From Chrysomallon squamiferum (Eukaryota; Animalia; Mollusca): a stretch of 64,000 bases of DNA. Below the pieces are notes generated by a model, which worked only from the letters and a program-made list of their open reading frames with translations, was not told the DNA's origin and did no database searches. Position 1 is the stretch's first letter; every line of letters starts with the position of its first letter. The position numbers and the translations under genes are program-made. This document shows, one piece after another, positions 43,901-57,368 of the stretch. The stretch spans positions 3,720,001 through 3,784,000 of the forward strand of contig CM022670.1 in assembly GCA_012295275.1 (NCBI GenBank), given 5' to 3'.

Positions 43901-44610
43901 ACAAAACAAACACACACACACACTAAGCACTCTCACTAATATCTATGCATATATACATATATTCACAATTACACATGTACACACTTACGCACACGCACAC
44001 AATTTGCAACCACATTCAGACATAATTATATATTAGTGTAGCATATTTGCTGAAAAAAGTGAGGGCGGAACAGATTAAAAACAAACAGTCAAAGAAACTC
44101 ACTGTTCTGGAAGTTCAAAGAAGGGACTGTTTGCGGTTCCTTGAGTTAAACAGGCAGATCGTTTGAGCAAACTGAAGATATCTGGAAATCAATCAGAAGC
44201 TTCACTTCAACCTTTTGTGAAAGAGAATCCGACAGTATTGCAGTAGTCACTGTATTATTTAGACCAATGTAATGAAATATCAAGTAACTTTTTTTCTTTG
44301 AAGGTCAAAGGAATTCCACAGTGATATTCATCCTAACCAAAACGTATGTGTATGATGGTCACGTGGTTATAGTTGTGTGTATTTGTGTTACTCAGATTGT
44401 CTGTTGTATGTGCGTGTTTGTAGCTGGATAATGTCAGTTCTGTTTTGTTCTATTTTATTAAGTCCTTCCTTCCTTCATTCCTCCTTTCATTTTTTTTTTT
44501 TTTTTTTTTTTTCATTTTGTACGAAAGCGGGTTTACCTATCAGAATTATGATATACAATACTGTTCTTCACAACAACAACAACAACAATAATAATGTTAA
44601 TAATAATAAT

Positions 44611-44644
<34 letters not shown>

Positions 44645-44704
44645 TTGATTATGAAATTGATCATAATGATTTTATTGTCTCTAGTCATTACGTTATTAAT
44701 TAAA

Positions 44705-44890
44705 TAGCAATAAGGTTTCTTCCATATGCACCTTCCTTTGAACAGGAAACCTCACACCTAGCACAGCCTTTGGTAAACAGATTCTGGGGCAGTGGTTAGA
44801 TCTGTAAAATATTCATACAGGCGAACAGGGCTGATCCTGCGAGCTACCAAACCTTAGGCTACAGTTTTATCCACAGAGATTAAGTTCGCT
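44705..44890 (-). mobile_element. Decayed tRNA-derived SINE copy with a conserved-core-like segment
   Basis: The minus strand reads head ...GGTAGCTCGCAGGATCAGCCC..., then AAAGGCTGTG...TTTCCTGT...GGTGCATATG...TTGCTA. From memory this resembles the central core of molluscan tRNA-SINEs. It is similar to the 52653 copy. Confidence 0.55.
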
Positions 44891-45993
44891 TTCGTCTTCA
44901 ATGGATGAAAGAAATGTCTTAGCGCATTAAAGTTATCCTTTCCTTGGCATAGTTTCATTAAAATTAATACTTAGACTTTTCTCAGCCAGAACCATGTGCG
45001 ATTTATTTGCACAGAATCCTTTTTCCTCCCCTCGATCAAAATGTTTTTGTTGTTTTTTTTCCCCTAAAATAACGCCAGAAATACTGCGTTGACGTAACGG
45101 CTGTTTGTGCACGTTGGTTTGTTGGTCCGTTTCAAGTACTTACGTCACAAAAGGTTTAAGTGAAAAAAAAAAAGTTCAAAAAATAAAATTAGACAGGAAT
45201 AATGATTTGTTTTATTTTTTTTTTTTTTAATAATTTTTTTTTTTTTTTTTTTTTTTTTTTTCGTTGTTTGCATTTTGCCTAATTCGCTTCATCGATTTGA
45301 GGGGTCGTTATAGTGGTTTTTTGTATCTCTCGCTTAACAGGATCGCCATTTCTCATTACTGATGACCGTTATAGTCAAATAAAGCAAATCGACCTTTAAC
45401 TGATTGGTAGGGAATACATGAAACACGTCATCCACATCGTTATGCAACTTACACACATGACCTACTACTACAAGAACTGGCACTTCTGAGAGCGTATTTT
45501 ACATAAACAGCCTACACTTTCACACACATATAATAATTATTATTATGACAGTAACAACAACAACAACAGTAATAATAAAAAATACATCAAAATATAGCAC
45601 AGTTAGAAATGATTGTTCTTGTAGTAGTAGTGTGTGTTTATGTGTGTACTTGTACATATCTATATCTATATCTTTACCTATCTATTTATATGTATACATG
45701 TATGTATATATATCTATATATAGATATATATATATAGATACATCTTTACCTATCTATTTATATGTATACATGTATGTATATATATCTATACACACACACA
45801 CACACTTGTATATAGATAGATCGATATAGATATAGAGATATAGATAATGGGATATATATATTTCTGTGATATTTAAATTAACAACTAATGTCTGATGTTT
45901 TAATATGTTTGTATGTAAGTAAGTGTGTATACATGCATGTACGTATGTATGTTTGATTACTTAACTTTAGATTTCTCTTCATTTAATGATATC

Positions 45994-46046
<53 letters not shown>

Positions 46047-47106
46047 CATTATTATTATTATTATTATTATTATTCGTTTTCTGATAAGATCTGCTAAGTG
46101 TCTGTCTACGATATATAAATCAATATCCAGTAAAGCCTGAAATTTCAGTCGCTTATAAAAGCGGATTAAGATGTATATTGTCATTTGTGATTCTAAGTAC
46201 GTGCTGTTTGACTCCCATGTGCACGTAAGTATCATTAACGTTAGTCTATAATGCACCTGTCTGAGAGAAAAAAACAACAAAGAAAAAACACCTCACCAGA
46301 CGTGAATGCTAAAATATACGACATAATTAGACACCTCTTCAAGTGCGAAAAGGTTTCTGATTTCTTCAGCATTTCAATACTGAATGCTGCCCGTTTGTGT
46401 TTTATTTTTTATTTTTCATGATTTCAGTTATAGAAACGAAAAGTTATTAATGATAGTTGAGAGTGAATTATTTTACTTTCTGCATCATTTCATAAGATTC
46501 CCTTGAAATTGTTTTTCATTAACGGATCATTTACGATTCTAAGTTGTTATTGTTATACTTTGTTCAGTCACTGACTAATTAACGGACAATCTTGCAGAAA
46601 AACAAAACAGTACATATTTGTCTATTTGTCTATCTACATACCTATCTATATGTGTGTATGTATGTATATATCTATCTATCTATCTAGCAATACATACATA
46701 TCTCTCTTTCTCCTTTTATATATATATTAATGCTCGATATAATCAAAGGTTCATTCATTACTGACACTTTTGTTTTGTTTTCTTTGAAATTTGTAGTGTT
46801 GCTATTTATTCCTTAACAAAAATTTCACCGATTTACTGAAAATCAGTTGCCTCTTTAGTCATTTGTGTCTTGGATGTTGATAGATGTTCATTCATTTCTT
46901 AACTGATTATTTCCATTTGTCTGATACCAAGTCACAGTTTTATTATAGGTACAGGTATGCTTTCTCTTCGTTGCTTAGGAAACAATTAGTGCATCGAAGT
47001 TCATTGACAAGGAATAATTTTCTAAATCAATTTTACATTTGTTTTCTACTTGAGCAGCCAGCGAGATAAACATGAAAATGTCTGAACTATTGTTCACTGG
47101 GGTTTT

Positions 47107-47654
<548 letters not shown>

Positions 47655-48449
47655 ATATAGACTGACACGCATCAGTTTGTGTTGACACAAAAGAAGTCGG
47701 ACATTTGAATGTCATGAACACCAAATAACCTTTGCTATTAGACCCGGTGACATTGTTTTGGACAGACAACCCAATTCCTGCTTTCCATCCGGAGGCGTGT
47801 ATCTTAATTGCCTATCAAGAACGTAAGGAAAAAAAAAGATCTGAAACAGAAGATGCAGGGAACTCGTTAAAATAAGATGGGAAAGAAACGACTCCGTGTT
47901 TTTATTGTCAACACAGTGTTACGACTCAGGTTCCACGGAAAAGAAGCACGTTTTATATTTTAATTCATCAAAGACCATCACTTCCATGGCCCGTTTGTGT
48001 CCTCTGCTATCAGGAATTGTTTGCAGTCACTGGTGTTGCTTTCGTTCTTTCTTTCTGTACGTGTGGAAGTCAAAACGTAATTATCAGAGATTGCAGCAGG
48101 CCGTATCGACCCGAAACTGCTCCGAAACAAACACGGAACTTGCGTTAAGGAACTAAGACGTTAGGATCCTTCATTAATCGCCAATAATGACAGATCTAAA
48201 TAAATTATATCGTCTGGTGGTTTTGTCCCTCAGTAATTGAATACGCTGGGCAAGTGTCGTAATTGTGTGAGTTAATTTAAATTGAGTCGTTTTTAGTGGT
48301 TTTGTCAGCACAGAGTTCGAGGGGAAAGTGTTTGTTGAAATTGGAGGCGGCCGTTGTTAGCAAAGAAAACATTTCATTAAGGACGCTCGAAAGAAGTGTC
48401 TCACAATGTAAGAAAAAAGACTACACTTAAACCACCCATCTCAGAACAG

Positions 48450-48760
48450 ATCTAGTCGTAACTTTGTATAGAAACTCACAATACCCTGTGCGTAACTCTA
48501 TCCCATTTCTACTCTAAGTCGCACTTTTGTATAGAAAGTGTTAATACCCTGATCGTAAACCTCTGCTATCTCACACTTCTTTAGTCGTAACCTTGAAATG
48601 AAAATAGTGATAATTTGAACATAAATATATCCCGTCTCTACTTTAATCGTAATTTTGTGTACAAAATGATAATACCCTGAGCGTAAATCTCTAACGTCTC
48701 ACATTTATTTAGTCGTAATTTTTTATAGAAAGTGTTAATAACTGAGCGTAAATCTGTCCC
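48450..48760. repeat. Degenerate 62-66-bp tandem repeat, about 5 copies
   Basis: AGTCGTAAYTTTGTATAGAAA...AATACCCTGAGCGTAAA-like units start near 48454, 48517, 48583, 48645 and 48711. Confidence 0.85.
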
Positions 48761-49005
48761 TGCATCAGTCCTGTGTTAATTCACCGAGTGCAATCCTCTA
48801 CCATCCCAGCACAGACTTCAAAGCGATAGGTACAAACTTTGAATACAAATTTAATAGTTATCTGAGTTGTTACTGAAGTTTTTATATTTGAACGGAGTTA
48901 ATGAAATATAAGAAAGGAAAGTTCAAATAAATCATTTGTATTTATTATTATTATTATAACTGTTGTTGCGTTTTTCTTATTTATTTATTTATTTAATTAT
49001 TTACG

Positions 49006-49055
<50 letters not shown>

Positions 49056-49667
49056 TGTTGTTGTTGATGATGATGACGATAATGTTATTTTGTTTGTTAA
49101 ACACTCATTATTTCTGTTATTCATTCTTTCTAAAAGATAGTCTTGTTTTTGTTTTTTTTAGCAGCAAATAATCTCCATAATGCACCTTCACATAAAAAAA
49201 ACAACGAAAAAAACAAACACATATACATTAATTTGATTGTATCTTATTACCCGTATGAACTCAAATGCTTTCAGCTGTACACGAAATAGTGACGTCTGTA
49301 ATAAAATATCGACTTAATTTTGACCTTTCCCGAGTTAAAAATAAATAAATAAATAAATAAATAAAAATAAAATACACGAGAAGATAAAAAAAAAAAATTA
49401 AAAAAAATCCACCTCGAAAACCGCAAGTAGGTGTATCGAAATTAACTATATATAACAACCTCGGGAAATTAAATGGCACCGTTGACATTAAGGATTATAA
49501 TAATATCTTCGTTTGACGTCATCTGACCTTTGTTTACTGATGACTTTAGTCTGTGTTTGGTTCCTACGTAATCATGGAAATGACTGTAAAAATAACCGTG
49601 CGAGTAAAGAGCGGTCTGGATAAACCTTCCATAGTACTTGTACGTTACACACAAACACACTCACACT

Positions 49668-49768
<101 letters not shown>

Positions 49769-50191
49769 ACGCCGAATCCGTGAGATAAAGGGCGAAGTAA
49801 AGACATAATGTGAATAGAAAATGTAAATTACGTTCTCAAGGTTCTTCCTCGTCTGGTAAACTGCACCGTGCACTTTTAATGAATCGTCCAAGTGGCGAAA
49901 CTCTGCAGCTGTTGAGAGTCCCAACGAATTATATCAATTAAAGAATTTGGTGCTTCCCTACACGGGGCTTAAGATCGAATAACCTACATTTATTTTGATA
50001 GATTTTATTCAAACACCCTGCAGGCGAGGTTCAGAAAAATATAATACGAGCTGCGCCATTTACACAGTGAAACAGCGATTGCCGGAGACGATTTTCATTT
50101 TGCGTTAGGTTTCCCTGTGTATTTTCGCGGTCTGAATAAACACAAAGTTTAATGAATAAATCTTTTCAACAGCAGTCTTTTGACAATCACG

Positions 50192-50222
<31 letters not shown>

Positions 50223-50574
50223 AGGAAACGTTCCTTGGTGCGCTAGCGTCCGAGATAAAATAAGAATTAATTTCAAAAAAGAAAAAAAAAAAAAGTTACT
50301 AATTATTATACCGGACCAGGATTTAATTTTTTTTTTTTCGGTCGGTTGTTGTTTCGAACGAGGTCACTGTTACGTTCACATTGGGCTGGGGTTAATTAAT
50401 ATTAAGACTGATTTTAGAAATATTGTTTTTCACTTGCATTTTCGCACACTACACTGTCTGGCTACTCTCACTGGTTGCTCAGATAGAAACATTACATCTT
50501 AAACAATGATTCCTTGTGAATGAACTTCGACACACCGACTGTTTCTTAAGCAACGAAGAGAGAACTACAACGTC

Positions 50575-50713
50575 TATTGCTACTACTACTACTGTTACTA
50601 CTACTACTACTGTTACTACTACTACTACTACTACTATTACTACTACAACTGCTATTATTACTACTACTACTATTACTACTACAACTGCTATTACTACTAC
50701 TACTACTACTACT
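50575..50713. repeat. (ACT)n-based compound microsatellite
   Basis: Directly visible. Confidence 0.9.
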
Positions 50714-51286
50714 GACACACTCACACATATTCTTAAGTATTGACAAAATGTTCGTATAAAAATAACTGAAATAAAACAAAACAATAATAATAACAAAAAA
50801 ACAAAAACCACGCACATACACACACATTCACAAAACATACAGGTATGACATCAACCTTTTTGTTTAAATTCAAAATGACCCAATAGCTTTTATTTTCTTT
50901 CATTTCTTCACTGGAAAAACACGATTCCCTGCAGCCACGGACACAGTGTTTGATAAAGTCAAAGATTTCCCCTGGGCAAGAAAACTATATTCTTATTAAA
51001 TGAAATGAAAGACGTCGCACGCTGGTGAATAATGATGAACGGACGAATAGAAAATGTATAGAATAACCAAATCCGAGAGCTTCCACCGGCGTTCTCCGAT
51101 AATAATGAGAAGTGATAAAATCTAAAGAATTATTATTTAAAATAAGATATCTTTGACATTATTATTTTTATATTGTCGTTATTTCCTCTCTCTCTCTTTT
51201 CAGTGCATTTGTTACGAATGTCAAAATGAAATGTGAGTGAGATTGTATGATGTTTGTGTTTGCCAAGGTCAGAGGTAACTGGTTTC

Positions 51287-51324
<38 letters not shown>

Positions 51325-52095
51325 TATAGATAGATAGATAGATAGATAGATACATATATACATACATATGTACATGTATTATTACAGTACAAACTGTATT
51401 TCACGGTGGAAGTAGTTGTAGTAGTAGTAACAGTAGTGGTGATGATAGTAGTCGCAGTAGTAGTAGTAGCAGAAGTAGCAGTAATAATGGAAGTATCAGC
51501 AGTGGTAGTATGAGGGACAGAGGTATTAGCTGTAAACGTAGTAGTAACAAGAATTATTTCAGAAATATTAACTGTAGTTACGAGAGTAATAGTATAGTCG
51601 TAGTTGATGTTGTTGCTGTTTTCTAATAGTAGTAGTAGTTGTTGTAATACTAATGGTGGTGGTAACGTGATGATGATGATGGTGATGATATTTACTGTTT
51701 TATTACTCCGAGTTTTATTACCGGTTTGATAATATTCATGACGTCTGCATGTAGTTGTACCTAATTATCTTTGGAAAAACAAATACGCAAAATAGAACTT
51801 TAAAAGAAAAGACAAAAAATTGTACGAAAAAAGAGAAAGAAAATATTAATCTTGAAAATGAAACAGAATAACTGTGGTAAAAAAGGATAATTGCTCCAAC
51901 TTTTTCTTCTTCTTGTTCTTCTTTTTCTTCTACTTTTCTACTTTTTGACAGGTGTTAAGAAAAGAAAAAAACAGAAAAAATCAGAACCATGAGAAAAAAA
52001 ATTGTCTTTGTGAACTCGCACACAGATATGCACGTGCACACATACCAAAAAAAAAAAAAAGAAAGAAAAAAAAAAAAAAAAAGGAAAGAAAGAAA

Positions 52096-52131
<36 letters not shown>

Positions 52132-52652
52132 CATGGCTAAAGCGGCAACATAGTCTTTTCAGTTCATTTCTTCCAGTACCTGTTACTGAACCTATTTATA
52201 TATGTACATACGTACATATATATATATATATTTGCTTTTTAGTATATTTTTATTATGCTGTTTGTGTGTGTTTTAATAACAGTAGTAGAATTGGTAGCAA
52301 CTGCAGTAGTAGTAGTAACTGTAGGAGCAGCAGAATAAACAACTTATAGTTGTAACAATAGTAATAGTAGTAGTAATAATAACTAGTAGTAACAACAACA
52401 AAAACTGTTGTTATTATTGTTGTTGTTGTTGTTGTTATTGGTATTGTTACTATTGTTATTATTGTTCTTGTTATTATTAATATTTTAATATTACTATTAC
52501 TACTATTGTTAGTATTATTATTATTATTATTATTATTAGTAGTAGTAGTAGTAGTAGTAGTAGTAATAGGTAGTAGTAGTAGTTGTTGTACTTGTAGCTG
52601 TAGTTGTAGTATTACTCAGGTTGTTGTTGTTTTGATGAAATAAATTAATGTA

Positions 52653-52850
52653 GGAACAGGATGCAGCTGAATGGTAAAGCGTCAACTTAAGACGCGGTAG
52701 ACTGTCGGATCGAACCTTTGTAGTTGACCTGTCGAGCCTTTTCTTGATCCAGCCAATGCTGCACAACTGTGCTACACTTTTCTTACTACTTACTAATCGA
52801 GGAGTGTAATCCATGAAATGATGGGAGAGGGGGGTGGTTTCTTTCTTCAT
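52653..52850 (+). mobile_element. Decayed tRNA-derived SINE copy (head retained, core apparently deleted)
   Basis: tRNA-like head with A-box-like CAGCTGAATGG (52664) and B-box-like GGATCGAACC (52707-52716). It aligns by eye with the reverse complement of 44770-44890 (TGGTAAAGCG...GGTAG...GGATC...CCTGT...GATCCAGCCAATGC vs TGGATAAAAC...GGTAG...GGATC...CCTGT...GATCTAACCACTGC). Confidence 0.6.
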
Positions 52851-53289
52851 TGTTTTTTTGTTGTTGTTTTTTTGCGTTAAGTAAAACATTTCCTCCTTTC
52901 CTTGAAATGAAATGAAACGGAAAAATAAATAAGAATGAAGAAACAGGAAAAATATTTTCAGTTGTTTAATGCGGTTATCTCCCTTTAACTAGCAAATACA
53001 AAACAGTAGTGAATAAAAAAAATATCTCGAGTAAACAAAGCATACACTTGTAATCATAAACATCGGAAATAAACGAATAATACATATAAAAACAACAACA
53101 GCAACAATAATAATAATAATAATAATAATTTTAGTAATATAATAATAATCATAACAGTAATAACATAAAAGAACAGCTATAATTTTGAGTTCCCAGGTAA
53201 CGATAAGAACGGTTTTCATATCTTGAATAATTAAACATCCAAAAAACTGTGAGTTAGAATTAGCAGCTGCAGTGAAGTTATTGCTATTA

Positions 53290-53620
53290 TTATTATTAGT
53301 AATAGTATTAGGTAGTCGTGGTTGAAGTGGTAGTAATAGTGGTAGTTATAACAATAAAGTAATAGTAGTGGTCGTAGTAGTTGTAGTAATAGTAACAGTA
53401 ACAGGAAGAGAGTACTAGTAAGAAGAGCACTAGAAGTAAAAATAGTGGTAACATTAGTTGTAGTGGTAGTACTAGTACTAATAGTGGTTGTGGTAGTGGT
53501 AGTACTAGTACTAATAGTGGTTGCAGTAGTGGTAGTGGTAGTGGTAGTACTAATAGTGGTTGCAGTAGTGGTAGTGGTAGTACTAATAGTGGTTGCAGTA
53601 GTGGTAGTTGTAGTTCTAGT
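53290..53620. repeat. (GTA/GTG)n compound repeat with 33-39-bp higher units (GTACTAATAGTGGTTG...)
   Basis: GTACTAATAGTGGTTG recurs four times between ~53475 and 53595. Confidence 0.85.
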
Positions 53621-53744
53621 TAGAAGTAATATATACATGGCCGTAACTAGATTATTTTTGAAATGAGGCAGAAACACTTAATCGCCGAAAAATCTGTTTG
53701 TTGTCTGATGTCTTTGAAGTCATGTCCTTTCATCGCATAGAATA

Positions 53745-53811
<67 letters not shown>

Positions 53812-53885
53812 AAAATAAAATCGTCAATATCAGTATGAGGCATTTGCCTCATTTGCCTCAATGTAGTTATGGCCATGATACATAC

Positions 53886-53930
<45 letters not shown>

Positions 53931-54198
53931 CATACATACATATTCAAACAATTTTTACGTACCTTTCTTGTTTGCTAGCCACATATTACTAATAATTATT
54001 CTAAATAATTTTCAGAATGACCAATAATACCACCGTAAAAATATTAAATATCAATATAAGTGGTTTGAATTAACAAACTAATAAAAATATCATAGTCAAA
54101 ATATGTGAATTTCAGCTGTCCGGTTAACCAACATATACTGGTTGCTTATTTTCGTGATTACGTGATTCTGGCTTCATCTCCTCCTGGTTGCTAGGTTT

Positions 54199-54777
54199 TT
54201 AGACGAAAGAATCATCTTTTTGTTGGGTCTTGTCGCCTAGTTGGGGTAAACCCCATGAAGAGCGGGTGGTTGTTTGCTCAGAAACACTTTCTTGTGTCTG
54301 CGTGTTTGCTACATCATGTGGTTCCTGGGTGGTTGTTTGTCCAGAAACAGGCTCAGTTAGCGCGTCTCCTCTTCCAGGGCGGGTGTCACTCTGCAGTTCC
54401 GAGTACGTCGACGCGTCTGAGATTTCAGAAATGTCCACGCATCCGTCGCGGATCTGGCCTCCGAACGGCAAACACGTTTTGTTCTCGCCGCACGAATCTC
54501 TGTTACACACAGCCGTGGTTTGGTGGTCAGAAACTGGACCAGACACAGCAGACACTAGCAGACCTTTGCTGCCGTCGGTGTCGTCGTTGCGAGTCTCGGA
54601 CAGCGTGCACGTTTTCGTCTTCACGTCGTACGTCGCAACCGAACACGGAGACGTGAGCCAGCAGATCTGCCGGCACTGGTAAAAGTTCTTCAGAATCACG
54701 GGTCGGAGAGAGTTTACCAAAGAAACGTCGGCTACCACGACGGCTGCTAAAACGAATATGAAAGATGATGCCATCAT
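54199..54777 (-). CDS. Secreted 192-aa protein: signal peptide, PAN/apple-like 4-Cys module, 4-Cys EGF/FOLN-like module and S/T/Q-rich tail
   Basis: GC-rich uninterrupted ORF in an AT-rich background. MMASSFIFVLAAVVVA resembles a signal peptide. CRQICWLTSPCSVATYDVKTKTCTL has the C-x3-C-x5-C-x11-C-x-L PAN core spacing, and CNRDSCGENKTCLPFGGQIRDGC has C-x4-C-x5-C-x10-C. The tail carries RGD and a 63-nt internal duplication (VSGQTTT/VSEQTTT). The frame is open further upstream to 54810, with a possible acceptor TTACAG near 54802. Confidence 0.75.
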   Translation of the reverse strand: MMASSFIFVLAAVVVADVSLVNSLRPVILKNFYQCRQICWLTSPCSVATYDVKTKTCTLSETRNDDTDGSKGLLVSAVSGPVSDHQTTAVCNRDSCGENKTCLPFGGQIRDGCVDISEISDASTYSELQSDTRPGRGDALTEPVSGQTTTQEPHDVANTQTQESVSEQTTTRSSWGLPQLGDKTQQKDDSFV

Positions 54778-55207
54778 AATCGTAAGATGTCGTAAAATCC
54801 TCTGTAACAAACCACAGGTCTTTAACGTATATAGTTGGGGGTTTTTTTGTGTGTTTTGAAACGAATTCTTTTGTAAGTAAACTCTGTCTTTCTGGCTCAG
54901 CTAACAGATGATGTGAAAATACAATAACATATCGAAAACAATGCGAGCTCGCCCGCTGATAACCAAGTCGAGGTGATGAATTATAGATAAGTGTACGTAA
55001 GTCAATCGACCATATCATGGGCATTTCGTGATTGGAGAAAAAGAGTGCGAATGTTTTGTGTTTATTTTCTTTAGGTTGTCGCTTTTTCTTGTTGTTGATT
55101 GGTTATGTTCGGGTTTACGTCGTTTTATTTTGTTATTGTTGGTTTTTGCTTGTTTTTTTTTAATACATGTTTTGTCTTTTGGGAGGGATGTAGAGAAAAA
55201 CATGAAT

Positions 55208-55209
<2 letters not shown>

Positions 55210-55286
<77 letters not shown>
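55210..55286. repeat. (CT)n microsatellite
   Basis: Directly visible. Confidence 0.95.
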
Positions 55287-55289
<3 letters not shown>

Positions 55290-56439
55290 TTTTCTATGCC
55301 TCTTTTAATATCCACGTTTTCCGTTTTAGTATTTTTGCTACTGCAGAATATAATTTTAAAAAATAAGTTTTTTTGTATTTTTTGATTTTCGCTATTTTTT
55401 CTTTTCTGTTTTACATTTTCCATTATTGTGTTACGAAGTGGAAAAATCAATAATCGTTTTTTTTTGTGAATTTGCGTTCATTTGCCTGGAAATCACACAC
55501 AAACAATAGTCATAAAAGTACATGTACACATTCACATAACTACATACACACAAATACAATTAGAGACAGAGAGAGACACGTAGAGACAGACAGAAGACAG
55601 ACAAAGAGGAGAGAGAACTGTTACATGAACTGTATATATGTACATACATGTGATTGTGTGTGTGTGTTTGTGTAATTATTTGATTATGTTCAAACAGAGG
55701 ATTGGCAAAGTTTCAACTCAACTCTGCTCAGTTATAGATAAGTAATACTTAAGCTGGCATGCATGTTAGACATTAGCCTTTTTTTTTTTTTCCTACCGAT
55801 AAATTTACACGGATAAAATAAAGCAACTGTATGCAGTGAAGCGTTAAAGACGGACAACAGTATCTTGGCAAGGGTTCAAATATCAGTTCCACAAAAAATT
55901 AACAAAATCTTTTAATATTATACGTATGTTAGATATATAATCAGTATTGGTTAATATTACAAATGGGTGACAAGGTCGTTAAATAATATTAACAAAAGAT
56001 TTCATATACCGTCATAATTAGGCCAGACCAGACCAGACGAGGCTCTGCTACCTATTTATTTATTCTAGGCTTGACAAGAGAGCGGCCACTTAGTAAGTTT
56101 ATTTTATATTGTAGTTTTATAACTAGATATTTAGATCGTTGAGTAAAATAATTTCCTTTGATTGGGTTAGGGTGGAGCGAACGATAATTTTTTGTGAATT
56201 ACTATGTGATTAAAAAGATATAGCTTCTGATAGAAGGTCGTGTAGGTTTTTGAACTGTAATATGGTTATGTCGTTGATTAATGTATTAAGAACAGACTTG
56301 CTGTACTGATTGCTATAACCGGCGAAATGTTTAACGTGCTGATAGGTTTTCCATGTAATTCTGTTGATCTGTACAGCACAGTAAGCTAATGGAGACATTC
56401 TTGTGTTTACCTATGACATTTCTTCTCAACTTGATGCAT

Positions 56440-57010
56440 TTGTTATAACTACTGTTACAAATATTAGTATTACTGCAACAACAACAACAACTACTGCTAC
56501 TACTGTTGCTGCTGTTACTACTAATAATATTAATATTACTATTACCACTATTACTATTGCCGCTACTACTATTACTACTACGACTATTACTACAACTGCT
56601 TCTACTACTATGACAACGATTACTACTATTATTACTACTGCTACTATTGCTGCTGCTGTTACTACTAATAATATTAATATTACTATTGCCACTACAACTA
56701 TTTTTACTACTACTACTGCAGCTATTACTACAACTGCTTCTACTCCTATGACTACGATTACTACTACTATTACTATTGCTACTATTAGTACTGTTACTAC
56801 TTTTACTATTACTGCTACTACAACGCCTACTGGTATTAATAATACAATAATTATCATCAATCGACCACAATTATTATTCGATTATTACTTCAAACACTAC
56901 TGCTACATACATACATGCTTACATATATACTTCTACTACTACTACTGCTACATACATACATGCTTACATATATACTTCTACTACTACTATTGCTACTACT
57001 ACTTCTACTA
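56440..57010. repeat. Compound ACT/ATT triplet repeat with a ~141-bp internal duplication and a 48-bp duplication
   Basis: The block GCTGCTGTTACTACTAATAATATTAATATTACTATT...ACAACTGCTTCTACT occurs near 56508 and 56649. CTACTGCTACATACATACATGCTTACATATATACTTCTA occurs twice in 56897-57000. Confidence 0.8.
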
Positions 57011-57074
57011 CTATCAGTAGTGGTAGTAAAAAGCCATCCTAATGTGATATACAAATAAATTCGGTCACAGGATA

Positions 57075-57320
57075 TTATCATCAACATCATCCTCATCATC
57101 ACAATCATCATCAGTATTATTACTATTAATTATTACTATTATTAATTAACAATTATTATTATTAATAATTATTATCATCATCATCATCATCTTCTTCATT
57201 ATGATCATCATTATCATCATCATTATCATCATCATCATCATCTTCTTCATTATCATGATCATCATCTTCATGATCATCATCTTCTTCATTATCATCATCA
57301 TTATCATCATCATCATCATT
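57075..57320. repeat. (ATC)/(ATT) compound microsatellite immediately upstream of the 57358 acceptor
   Basis: Directly visible. Confidence 0.93.
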
Positions 57321-57368
57321 ACGCGCCTAATATTACTAACACGTTTCCTATCTCCAGAGGAACTGAGC

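Noticed and set aside
54230-55024. Overlapping ORFs 54230-54682 (+), 54255-54656 (+) and 54527-55024 (-)
   Set aside because: Shadow ORFs of the GC-rich PAN-like CDS; only the 54777-54199 frame has a signal peptide and a patterned cysteine spacing.
56403-57020. 205-aa Thr/Ile-rich mucin-like ORF
   Set aside because: Built entirely from ACT/ATT triplet repeats and also open in opposite-strand frames. It has no signal peptide and probably lies in the intron upstream of the 57358 exon.
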